This document shows positions 49,297 through 60,639 of a stretch of DNA of 64,000 bases, in pieces. The stretch's first letter is position 1; every line of letters starts with the position of its first letter. Location: contig NC_057720.1 in the NCBI RefSeq assembly GCF_004010195.1, forward strand, positions 24,055,236-24,119,235, given 5' to 3'. A program made the translations under genes and the position numbers. The stretch comes from Chiloscyllium plagiosum (taxonomy: Eukaryota). The notes under the pieces are model-generated. The model worked only from the letters and a program-made list of their open reading frames with translations. It did no database searches and had not been told where the DNA came from.

Positions 49297-50259
49297 AGAT
49301 TAAATTAGTTTAGTGACTGAAGTGGACACTGGACTGCCCAAGTAGCTTCATTGTTGTTGCCTGCTCTTGACCCACAGAACTCATCACATCCCACAGAACG
49401 TTTTGAAGAAGGCCACTGGACCCAAAATATTAACTCTGAATTCTTTCCACAGATGCTGGTAGACCTTTTCCAGCAGATTCTGGCTTTGTTTCTGATTTCT
49501 GGTATCTGTGATTCTTTCATGTTTTTTATAACTGTGTTGTCTGGAATTTTGTTTGTAAGTTATGATTCCATGAATATGACTATGTTAGACTAGTCTGGGA
49601 GACAGATCTTCCAATTTTAGCACTAGCCCCAGATGGTGAAAAGAAGGAATTTCCAGTGTTTGCTGTTGTTTTTACCAGTGTCTAGATCAATGCCAGGATT
49701 TTGCTCCAGTTTCATTCCTGTTTTTGAAACCAAAGCAGGCCTACAGGGTATCGTTAGTGAACCAGACCAGTTTGTTGTGACCATCATAGTTTTTCAGTCA
49801 TCTTTTAATTCCAGATTTTCTTTGCACCATTTGCTGCAATGAGATTTGAACTCAGGTCCTCAGAAATCTGAATTTCTAGCCCAGCAACAATATACCATTG
49901 CCTGTTCTCCCTGAAACATAGTCACAAAAGGAGGAAGAGCTACTTGGGCAGTCCAGTGTCCACTTCGGTCACTAAGCTAATTTAATCTGTGATCTGCCCC
50001 CCACTACCTCCCAACCCTGCATGGCTCAGTTCAACCTCCTTCCCAAAATCCACAAAAAGGACTGCCCAGGCACATCCATTGTTTCTGCCTGCTTCCGCCC
50101 CTCAGAACTCATCTCTTCCTGCTTCAATTCAATTTTTTTTCCCTTGTCCAATCCCTTTCCACTTAATTCCACAATTCCTTTGAAGCTTTATGTCATTGAG
50201 TCATATAGCACAGAAACAGATCCTTTGGTCCAACTAATCCATTTTGTACACAATCCTAA
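49026..50259. repeat. 322-bp inverted duplication (arms 49026-49347 and 49938-50259)
   Basis: Identical 64-aa ORFs on opposite strands (49102-49296 -, 49989-50183 +); only two mismatches seen by eye. Confidence 0.93.
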
Positions 50260-51371
50260 CAGCAAAAAGGAAGTTTATCACATAAAAGATAAGAACAGTA
50301 AAAATTAAGCAAGTTATTCACATGTAGAGCACAATTGGAAAAATCATTAAACATACCCAACATAAGTCTAAAAAATTTCTCATTGCCAACACTCTGCAGT
50401 GTTTCAAACCTTGCTAAATTACCAGTTGTGAGGAAGGACAATTCAACCCAAAACATTAACTCTGATTTCTCTCTGCAGATGTTGCCAGACCTGCGGAACT
50501 TTTCCAGCAATTTCAATTTTTGTTTCTGAGTAATTTCCCCTCAGTATGAAATCTCTATATTAAATACAGCTGATTCTTCCCAGTTCTTTCCTGTGAACTG
50601 TGAAGTCTTCTTAACTGAATAATCACAAAGCTGAGAACTTAAACTTTCACAGCTTTTCAATAATCTGCAGGTTTCCAACCAAGCAGTCATCAGAGTTGAA
50701 TGAAATCACATTTTCTTTTAATGTAAGTAACTGTACTTTCTCTGAATTGACCTATACTCATTATTTCAGGTGAGGAATTATATTTGCCTCTGATCTGAGT
50801 CAGATCTCCTGTGAACTCCCCTCAAAGCTTTCAATTTCTGAGTTTTCTATGCCAAAATCATCTTTGATAATACTGAACCAAAACAAGCTAATCATTTTCA
50901 GTGGTTACACTCCATGTCATAAACCAGTACAGTACAAACCATCTTAAATTGGCTTTCCTGGGATTGTCTCCTTGCTGACATACCAAATTAGGTCATTGAT
51001 CCACAAGGGTTGACTGAATTATTTACTTATCTGAAAGGTTTCAAAACAAATAACCAATCCCTTGGAAACACACAAGGAGTTGAGAGAAGGCACTGTTTAA
51101 GAGAATTTTGAGGAGGCTGTTGACGGTAGGAAGAAAGAAAATGCAGTAAATTTAATTGAGTGTAAGAAGCTTTGCTATTGCATTGGAGCATAGTGGGTAT
51201 GTTAATGTGAAAAGGGCAACAGTACAAAATTACATCAAGACTTAGGAAGTATTGTGAAAAGCCATTGTACAACAATGGCCTGACAGTCATTATGATGGTC
51301 TACTAATATTGAATTTTGCTTAGAAAAATTTATCATAAATTGTTCAGTACATCAAAGTTGAGTACATGAAA

Positions 51372-51503
51372 CTGGAGGAAACCAATGCAGATACAGGGGG
51401 AATGTGCAAACTCCGTGCAGACAGTCACTTGAGGGTGGAACTGAACCTAGGTCCCTAGTGCTGTGAGGCAGCAATGCTAACCAGTGAGCCACTATGCCAC
51501 CCC
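51372..51503 (-). mobile_element. HE1-like SINE 5' fragment
   Basis: Minus-strand GGGTGGCATAGTGGCTCACTGGTTAGCATTGCTGCCTCACAGC...GGAGTTTGCACATTCC. Confidence 0.8.
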
Positions 51504-52224
51504 TGACATAAGCATAAGAACTGGGAAAGAGGCTGACAGCTGAAAAGGTTCAGTAGTGCCCGTAAACAGGACACCAAATCACAAGGGTAGGAGTGGTTCA
51601 GGAAGGATTAATTAAATTGAACAGTACTGAAAACTGGCCAATTATGTCAGAATGGGAAATTACCAGTTGTGAGGAAGGACAATTCCCATAAATAGGACAG
51701 AACCCATAGGAATTTGGGTCAGAAGGTGAGAAAGAGGCACAAAAAGTGATAAAGATGTCACAACTGAGCCATAGATCTAATTAACAGATACCTTCATGGT
51801 AAATTTACATGGTGATCAGGAAAGAAAGGCCAAGACAAAGTGTAGGTGAAGTCTCATGTAGAGGAAGAGCTGCAGGGAAATATAGCAGAGGCTGAATATC
51901 CACCTGAGGGCAGCAGTATTTCAATAAAACATACATTCCCAAATTGAATGGAAAAGGGAAGGGAACATACCTCAGAGCAGACTCTACCAGTAGAGACCAT
52001 CAGTGACATAACATTGAGGTAAAAACAGATTTACCCACTTAGAGACCAAATAAATATAATATAATTTCAAACTGCAAATAGTCCAATCTGGTTGATGTCA
52101 AGTTCAGTAAGGAGTGTTAAGTCCAGATACTGTACAGTAGAGAAATCTAATATTACTACTCATTAATATAAGATTAACACTAATTTGTAAAAGTGCCTGA
52201 ATCTGGTATATAGATTATAAGACT

Positions 52225-52374
52225 GGGAGAAAGTGAGGACTGCAGATGCTGGAGATCAGATTCAAAAATTGTGTTGCTGGAAAAGCACAGCTGGTCAGGC
52301 AGCATCTGAGGAGCAGAAGATTTGACATTTCAAGCATAAGCTCTTCATCAGGAAGTTGCAGCTCTTCATCAGTC
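52225..52374 (-). mobile_element. PLE family A short copy with 11-bp TSD
   Basis: TSD ATTATAAGACT at 52214-52224 and 52375-52385; GCTCTTCATCAG (hammerhead core start) occurs twice at the junction. Confidence 0.85.
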
Positions 52375-52408
52375 ATTATAAGACTAGACAATGAAGGATT
52401 AAAATACA

Positions 52409-52764
52409 AAGTTTGGGAGAAGATTTGTAGCTCGGGTGCTCGTTTTTGTGGTTCTGTTCGCCGAGCTGGGAATTTGTGTTGCAGACGTTTCGTCCCCTGT
52501 CTAGGTGACATCCTCAGTGCTTGGGAGCCTCCTGTGAAGCGCTTCTGTGATGTTTCCTCCGGCATTTATAGTGATTTGTACCTGCCGCTTCCGGTTGGCA
52601 GTTCCAGCTGTCCGCTGCAATGGCCGGTATATTGGGTCCAGGTCGATGTGCTTATTGATTGAACCTGTGGATGAGTGCCATGCCTCTAGGAATTCCCTGG
52701 CTGTTCTCTGTTTGGCTTATCTTATAATAGTAGTGTTGTCCCAGTCGAACTCATGTTGCTTGTC
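52409..52764 (-). mobile_element. Penelope-like element 3' end (GIY-YIG C-terminus + terminal repeat; family P)
   Basis: Reverse complement of 27370-27690; TSD ATTAAA(A/G)TACA at 52398-52408 and 52765-52775. Confidence 0.9.
52481..52520 (-). ncRNA. Minimal type-I hammerhead ribozyme motif (intact)
   Basis: Minus strand GCA-CUGAGGA-U-GUCACCU-agac-AGGGGAC-GAAA-CGUC-UGC: stem I GCA/UGC, stem II 6 of 7 bp, ACGU stem III, GUC triplet. Confidence 0.78.
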
Positions 52765-54407
52765 ATTAAAGTACAGCTCAAGGAACAAGTCCAGCTGCCA
52801 TTCACAAAGCAGATTTTGGACTAATTTTAGATTGAAGAGAATTAATGTACTTCCGTCTTGATTTTGGTATTGTTATTTTATGCGGACCATGTAACAAAAT
52901 GCTCACCATAAAATAAATATTGTTTGTTTTCATTATTCATGTTATTGTAGTGATAAAAATGGACTATCAATTTTTGACTACTATTGTCAGATTTATTTGA
53001 TACTGGGACTTTTCATGGACTAATAAGAGTTTAATAAGAGGGAAAGCACTGTACTTGACTGGTTTAGATGAGATCAGGATTCCATCAATGTGTAAGACTT
53101 AGTTTGAACAAAAATTAACATGACATGAAAATGATTGAAACCAGTCACTCTGATCTGTAACTCCTGTTTGATTTTCGTCTTTGTGAAAGTTTCATACATT
53201 GGGTGAAAGTACCCTGAAGATTATCCAGTTGGGGGGAAAACAATGAAGTCAAACACAAGAATATACAAAGGAACTGTATTGCGGACAACAGCATTTGAGG
53301 TAGAGCAGGGAGGTAGAATGATTAATTTGTAACAGCAGATTCCTGTTTATCAGTCAGCCTCTTGAAAAACAGTGGCTAGTGATAAAGCAGATTGGTGAAA
53401 TGGCTAATTACCAAGATATCTTCAAATGTCACTGTTAATGAGAATGCAAGTCATCACATAAAGAAGTGTAGTTTCAGGTTAAACCAAAAACGACAAGGAT
53501 TCTAAGGACTTTCTAAAATGCACAATTTTGATTTCCTTCTGTCCAACATGCATTCCCCTTTATAAACTTTGTACTTGAGTTTGTACTTGAGTCTGTGCGC
53601 GTGAGTTTGATCTCCAATTTCTTTTCCGTAGGTTTCTTCACTCAAGAAAACCTTGTATTTTGCTTCCTTTTTGATTCGAGCATGTGATTATAGATGTCAA
53701 AAATACCTTAAAGTTTTTTCATGCAGCCAACCAAAGTGGTTAAAAAGCAGGGATTCAATTCTCTCCTCATCTCATTGCAACACTTATTAAAACTCATAAA
53801 GTAAGAAGTGGTGTTACATTTTAAAATCTACAGATCTATTCAATAGGTGCCCTGGTATCCTGTCTCCTTGGCACTGCTATCACCAATAATTTGTAAACCC
53901 TGCAAGTTCCTTATTAGGGTTAACAGTCCAAACATTTTGTCAAAATATGATGGATATTCTGTAGTATTAAAAAAGGATTGCATTTTGTATATAATGCTTT
54001 TCATGACTTTGGGACATTCCAAAGCACTTTATGGTATATGAGGTATGTTAGGAGTGTGGTTCCTGTTCCAGCCAATGAAATGCCCATGGCAAAATGCAAC
54101 AATCGGCAATGAAACACTTTACAAGACTATCTGCTTTAACTGGTTGAAAGATAAAAGTTACCCAGGAAACCAGAAGAAATCCTATTCTGCTGCTTCTTTT
54201 GTCAGATTGAAAGGGGCCCCGGCTTTTAACACCTCAACCAAAAGACAGAAATTTCAGAAATGAAATTTTTTTTTGTTCTTTCTTGAACTGTGACCTAACT
54301 ATCTGGAAAACATTTTAATAATTTTCATGTATGTTTATCTTTTGTAGCCAAGTGTCTTCCTGGCCAAGTGGAAAAAGAATGATAAGGAACTGAAAGGAAA
54401 TGTTAAT

Positions 54408-56811
54408 ATGGGAGATACTTGTGCACCAGCTGTAACCATGGAAATCAGTGAGAACATTTTGGAACCTAAAACTACTTGTGTGTCCAACTCCATCGTTATG
54501 GAAACAGAAAATGGCACGTTTCATCAAAGAAACATTACCATGACTGATGAAAGTGAACATGCTGAGTTAACTGACCAACAGCAAACCTTGAATCCTTGCA
54601 TAGTAACAGAACCTACTACATTAATGGGCGTAAAAGAAGCCAGTGATGGAAATCAGAATGACAATGCATCTGGCATAGAACTTCCTTTCCAAATGGATAA
54701 TTTAGATCATATGGTGCAAATGCCTTTAGTGTTTGAAAGCATGTCTTCATCCTACGAAATGCCTGAAGCGATTTATGCCATTATTCACAAAGACCACTTC
54801 AAAGATTCTCCAACTGATGTCCTGGGTACAGTGACTGTTCAATCATCGGAAGAGGATTTGGAGGTGCCATGCCAAGGCATTGCAAACGACGCTTTCACAC
54901 TGACCACAGCTGCAACAGTTGTAGATGAGTTCAACCAAGAAGAAACAGTGAGCACCTTCCAAATTACCAATCAAACTGAAAATGAAACAGCCACTTCTGC
55001 AGTTACTGGAACAAAGGGATATTCAGTAACCAATGATAATGAAAGAATACAAGAAACCATTCCAGATGTTGGCCAAAATGAAGAAAATGTTGAACCCTTC
55101 TCAGCGATGAATCAAGACTTGAATGGTCAGTCAGCCACTCATTTAAATGGACCTACAATATTTTATTCGATCAGTAATGGTAATGAAGCATCAAACAAAA
55201 GTATGACTTATCAGAAAGAGTCAGAATCTTTGCTAAATGATACTCCTGTGCAATATGTGGAAGAATTGGATTCTGCCCATACAGAGAAATTCAAATCCAT
55301 GAATAAAAATTCAAATGACTTCATTTATGAAAGTCAGTCTAATGGGAGTGCACCTTCCCTAAGTGAGAAACTTGTGTTCGAAGAAATGGAAACAGAGAAC
55401 AGGTCACTGAGAAGTGATACTAACCAGAATGATGAAGTGAAAATTAAGCCCAACAATACCAAATCCCAAACTGCTGAACAGAACCAAGTACAAAACAGCC
55501 AGACTGAAGCATCAGGCAATGAAAATGTGGACACAGAACATATGGATTTTGCCACTGCCCGCAGACAGTGGTTGCTTTTGGAAGAGATTAGCAAAATGCA
55601 AGACCATCGGGCACCAGCCAAATCACAGAAAACCAAAAATTTAATTAAGCATATTTTTAGGGATAACACAGATGGTCCTTCCATGATGGAACTTTTAAAT
55701 AAAGTGACAACTCATCCAGCTTCTTTCTCTGAAGGTAAAGTACGAAGTAGCACATCAGAAGCAACTAAAGTGAATGAAATGGAATCCTGGAGAGATTTGA
55801 CAAATCGACATAACAAAGTGCGCATTGCTGCATTACAGGGGAATAAGGGTGCAGTGGAGAATTTAGGGCAGAACCTGTTCTTGCACATAGCAGATTTTAG
55901 TGCTTGTTCAGAAGATAGTGATTCTGGTTTGGATGACTCAGTGTCTAGATCTGAAAGTGACAATTTAACTGACACCATATTTCAGAATGAAGCTTCAAGC
56001 TCTGTGTCCGCTACAAATGGAAAACCTGAAACACCAATCGAAAGAGAGATCCGTCTAGGAGTGAAACGTGAAGAGAGTCTAAGGAAGGCCAGGGGCATTA
56101 AGAAGCACCCTGGCTCTGAAGAGTATGTTGAAATCAAAACCAGGCCTCTTATTTTTCAGCCAGTTCCTTCCCCTTTGGCCAAAGCTAAAATTAATCAATT
56201 TGCTGAGATGCAGATGCAGCGTGAAATTTTACTTGAGCGCCAACGGGAGGAGGATCTTGTCCAGCAAGGAAAAGTAAAGGGAACATATGACCACAGTCTG
56301 ATTCCAGAGATTGAGGAGAGAAGAAAATTCTTTGAACAACATTATCCTTTCCCACTACCGTTAAACAGCAAAATGTTTAACCTCCATATTAATACTCCTG
56401 CACCTTCTACAACGAAAAGGTGTTCTTTCAATAATGGAATGAATTGTGATAATGTTAAATTGGAAAATGGTTTATTAAATTCTTCCAAGGAAGAAAAGAC
56501 AAGAGTTACTGATGAAGTACTGAAGTTTAAATATCCAACTGCCGAAAGTTCCAACATTGTGATACTGGAAACTTCAGATGTGGTCCTGCGCCATTCCGCA
56601 AACTTTTCACTGTCATCGATCTCATCTCCACAGTCAGAGGAGATATTGCAGAAGAACCCCTTCTTCAAGCTCCGCTCAAATGGATCTGAATCTATTCTGA
56701 GTCAGGAGATTAGAGAAGTCCTGCAGAGAGAGGAAGAGCTACGTAAACAAAGATGCTTTCTTCATGGAATGGAACATTCATCTTCAGCCTTTGCTGGTAA
56801 TTTGGCACCAG
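54408..56811 (+). CDS. MISP3: Large first coding exon of a MISP-family protein (MISP3-like; MISP/AKAP2-related); remaining exons not identified in the window
   Basis: 809-codon ORF in unique sequence with motifs DTEHMDFATARRQW, ETPIEREIRLGVKREESLRKARG, EYVEIKTRP, QMQREI...QREEDL, EERRKFFEQ and LSQEIREVLQREEELRKQR. Acceptor TTTTGTAG| at 54347 (60-nt 5' UTR in exon) and donor CAG|GTAAAA at 56811 (phase 1). The family call is firm; MISP3 versus MISP rests on recalled motifs only (about 0.6). Confidence 0.85.
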
Positions 56812-57203
56812 GTAAAATTGATCAATTATTCACTTAATTTACATCCAAATTATCATATTTATGGTACAGAAAAGATTTGATTGCCTGAGAAGTTTCAAAC
56901 ATTAACCATCATGACTTGCCTTTTATTTAGTGTTACAGAGACTGAAGTCAAGTTGCATGGACCCCAAAATTGCTCAGGTCACAGCTACAGTGGGTATGCT
57001 GGTGTCTTATAATATTTTTCAATATAGATATCACCAATTGTTTCTGGGATCATTGAGGAGACACTTCATTAGTGTGGACCAGATGCTTACAAACACCACT
57101 TTGACTTGTCACTGCCAGCCATTTGCCCATATGATAGGAGACCCTTACCTTTAGCGTGAGGAGTTGAGGTATTTGGAGTCTGCCAATGTCCAGGTAGTTG
57201 TTC

Positions 57204-57402
57204 AAAGTCAGAAGTCACACCCCACACCAGGTTATAGTCCCAACAGGTTTATTTGAAATCACAAGCTTTCAGAGCACCGCTCCTTCATCAGGCGCAGTGC
57301 TCCGAAAGTTTGTGATTTTAAATAAACCTGTTGGACTATAACCTGGTGTGGTGTGACTTCTGACTTTGTCCATCCCAGTCCAACGCCGGCACCTCTACAT
57401 CA
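57204..57402. mobile_element. PLE family C fold-back element with TSD
   Basis: Inverted arms AAAGTCAGAAGTCACAC... / ...GTGTGACTTCTGACTTT; TSD CAG(G/A)TAGTTGTT at 57191-57202 and 57403-57414. Confidence 0.88.
57260..57294 (-). ncRNA. Minimal hammerhead ribozyme motif
   Basis: Minus strand CGC-CUGAUGA-A-GGAGC-ggu-GCUCU-GAAA-GCUU-GUG; wobble pairs in stems I and II, AGCU stem III, CUU triplet. Confidence 0.62.
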
Positions 57403-57794
57403 CAGATAGTTGTTGTATAGGTATCCCTGGGGCTGATTGTAAGGAGATCAAGTCAAGCTTCATTTACAAAGAGATCAGTAAGAATATAGACTGATGAATG
57501 AGGAAGTCTTTCAAATAAATGGAGTAGTTCCACGTGAAATAAGCATGGGCAAATGGAATAAAAGGGTATGCTGAAAGGATTGATTGAACAGGGATAACAG
57601 AAGGTTCAGGTGGAACCTAACTGACAGCACTGGCTACTTCTTAGTCTGAATGATCTGTCCCTTTGATGGTGTGGATATTTGCAAAATAGCCAAAAGACCA
57701 CTTGCCACTAGGTTTGGTTAGTTGATGCAAACCAAATGAGGCCTTCTGCTTCCTTAGATTAATAAGATGCTGAGTGCCTGGAAGAATAGTGTGA

Positions 57795-58520
57795 TAAAAG
57801 CAGCATACTGTGGATGCTGGAAATCTGAAGCAAACACAGAATGCTGCGGAAACTGAGCACGCCCAGCAGCATCTGTGAAGAGAGAAAGAGAGTTAACATT
57901 TTGAGTCCAGTAGGACTGTTCTTTGGAAGTGAAAGATGTTGGCTTTTTTTAATTATAATTGTTTGACAGAGATCGAGGAGAGATGAATGGTGTACAGATC
58001 TGGTGAAAAAGACAGAAAAGTTGTTAGTAGTGGTGAAAGAGAAAAAGAGAGTGTAAATTAAGGTGTGAAAGAGAGAGAATGGGTCCTGTCTATTGAAATC
58101 AAAGTATAACATAGAGGTACCAGTGTTGGACTGGGGTGGGCAAAGTCAGAAGTCACACAGCGCCAGGTGCACTTCATCTGATGTAGGGGAAGCACACCAA
58201 AAGTTTGTGATTTCAAGTAAATCTGCTGGACTATAACCTGGTATCGTGTGACTTCTGGATTAGTGGTGCTGGAAGAGCACAACAGTTCAGGCAGCATCCA
58301 AGGAGCAGCAAAATCGTCATGGGGGTGAGGAGAGTGGCTTGAGACAATTTAGGAAAAACAAGGAACAGACATCATGCAATCAGTTATTCAGTTCATAACT
58401 GAGACCTTGTGGTTATAACATGCCTAAATGGAAGGTGAGGGATTGTTCATTGAGCTTATTGTGCTTAATTAGAAGATTGCAAGAGGCCCAGGGCAGAAAT
58501 GTTAGCAGGAGAGCAAGGAC
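57795..58520 (-). mobile_element. Cluster of nested PLE remnants (families B, C and A)
   Basis: Family B tail 57795-57930, family C piece 58110-58258, family A piece 58260-58318, decayed GIY-YIG-end-like sequence ~58380-58510. Confidence 0.65.
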
Positions 58521-60113
58521 CTTGGGATGTTTGGGTCCTAATTCACCTGCAATTACAAGCTTGCCCTTGTATTAACACTGAGCCTGGTTAGGGGGCGGTT
58601 TTTAGCCAAATGTTGCTGGGAAGGAAAATCCTCATTATCTTGAGACTGGATAAGGACAGTGTATTTTACGTGTTGTAATACAGCTAAGGAAGGCCACATA
58701 CATTATTTTTCTCTGCCTGCAGTTCCATTGTTGCCAATTGAGAAGTCAAGTCTTTAAACTGTCTGCAGTTGACCCTCATGGTTCCTACAAAGATTCAGTA
58801 ACAAAGATCATTTGCTGCAGATTGTCTCCTATCAAACCATGTCTTTGAAAGTTGTGCCCATAAATAACTTTGATCAAGTTTGAACTATTAGAAATATAAA
58901 ATATTTCCAAAATGCTCATTGGACTTCCAAAAAATTGAAAGGCAGATTCTCTCAGCCAGAAACATAATAGCATGATATTGTTATAGGCAAAGTAAATTGC
59001 ATTCAGAAGTGAAGATGTAACTTTTGTAATTGTTTTGCAATAGGGGAATTGGTCATATTTCTAAATATGTAGTGAAGAGCTTCATTCTAAGGACAATAGC
59101 CAAGTTTGCCTGTACTTCTTTTTTATATAGTAACATCATAGCAAGTGCAAGAAGTAGAAATTCTCATAAATGAACAAATATGTTACAATAGGATGTAATA
59201 TTTTGCAATGAATGTGCAGGAAGAATTTCTGTTTTGAATTTTATGATTTTCTGTAATAAATGCTGACCAGTGATGCCCACATCCCACAAGTGAATAAATA
59301 GAAGAAACAACTTTGCAACAGTGCAAGTACAGATAACTCCCAAAGTACAACTAAGTAGCCAATCAAGTCTTACCTGCAAAGATTTTGCTGAAGTTCTAAT
59401 TAATGAACCAGTGCAACCTTTGACTGGCTATATCAGTTTAACTCAGCAGTAGCATTTTTAGACACAATTTGCAGTTCATTCATGGTAGTGCTCGCAAACC
59501 TTTCATACTAATAATGAAATATTAGTGAAATGCAGAATAGGTCTGTCAGCATCAGTATGGAAAAGACACATGATTGTATTTGGGAGTGTCGTTTTAGAAA
59601 TATTCATTGAATAGAATTATACAACACAGAAGGATGTCACTAAGTACATTATACAAGTTCTTCATTAGAACCATCCAATTAACCCCATTCTCCTCATTTC
59701 CCCACAGCCACGTAAGTTGTTCCTGTATAACTATTTTTCTATTTCTCTTTTGAAAGTTATTATTGAAGCTCCCTCCACATCATTTTAAGACAGTACATTG
59801 CACATTACCTCAATTCACTGTTCGCAGAAAAGGCTTCTCACATTACTTCTGGTTCTTTTGCTAAACACCTTAAATCCGAGAAATTCTTTGTGTAGGAATC
59901 AGTCAACGTAATGTTCCTTGAACAGTTTTTAATGAAATTAAAACCCTTCTTAAGGAGAACAAAATTGTACACAGTGGTGAAATGCAGCATACAAACAGAT
60001 ATAGGAATAATTCCTTACTTTTATATTTGAGTCCCATTTGCAATAAAGGCCAAACTTGCATTTACCTTCCTAATCAGAGATTAGACCTGCACACTAACTT
60101 TTTGTGATTCTAG

Positions 60114-60335
60114 TATAGTCAGTTCTGCTATAGCGTGCATTTCTCCAGCAGAAATTGGCTGTAATGCGATTGAAGAAGTTAGACCATTATTTGTAGAACG
60201 TGAACTTTCCTTACCTGTATTATCCAAATGCGATTCTGGCCCTATTAGTTTAAATGGTGCTGCTGTTATGCAATTTTCTTATATCACAGGATTGCATGGG
60301 AACAGAACTATTATGTTATGTCAGAACAAACTGTA
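60114..60335. mobile_element. Tc1/mariner (Tigger/pogo-like) MITE
   Basis: Imperfect TIRs TA-TAGTCAGTTCTGCTATA / TATGTCAGAACAAACTG-TA with TA at both ends; interrupts an old minus-strand CR1 remnant. Confidence 0.55.
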
Positions 60336-60639
60336 CCAGGTTACCCCATATTCCTCAATGTAGAGTTATGCAGTCTCTCTTCATTTAATAATATATTGTT
60401 CTTTTATTCCTCCTGCCAAAGTAGACAAGTTCATACTTACTCACATACTACTACTGCCAATGTTTTGCCCACTGGTTTAATCTACTTTCCCATCTATTTT
60501 TAATATGAGTAATTTATTTACCCTGCTATTGGTGCATCCATCAAAGCACTTAATACAAATGAGGCCATAACACTGATCACTGTGAAACTCTACCAGTTAC
60601 AACTTACCAACCTGGAAATGCCACATTTATTGTTATGAA

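Noticed and set aside
55334..56668. Antisense ORFs overlapping the MISP-family exon
   Set aside because: Shadow ORFs of the coding strand with no independent support.
56812..56837. Last codons of the 809-aa ORF taken as the true C-terminus
   Set aside because: A donor site lies at 56811 and the conserved family C-terminus is missing, so this is most likely intron read-through.
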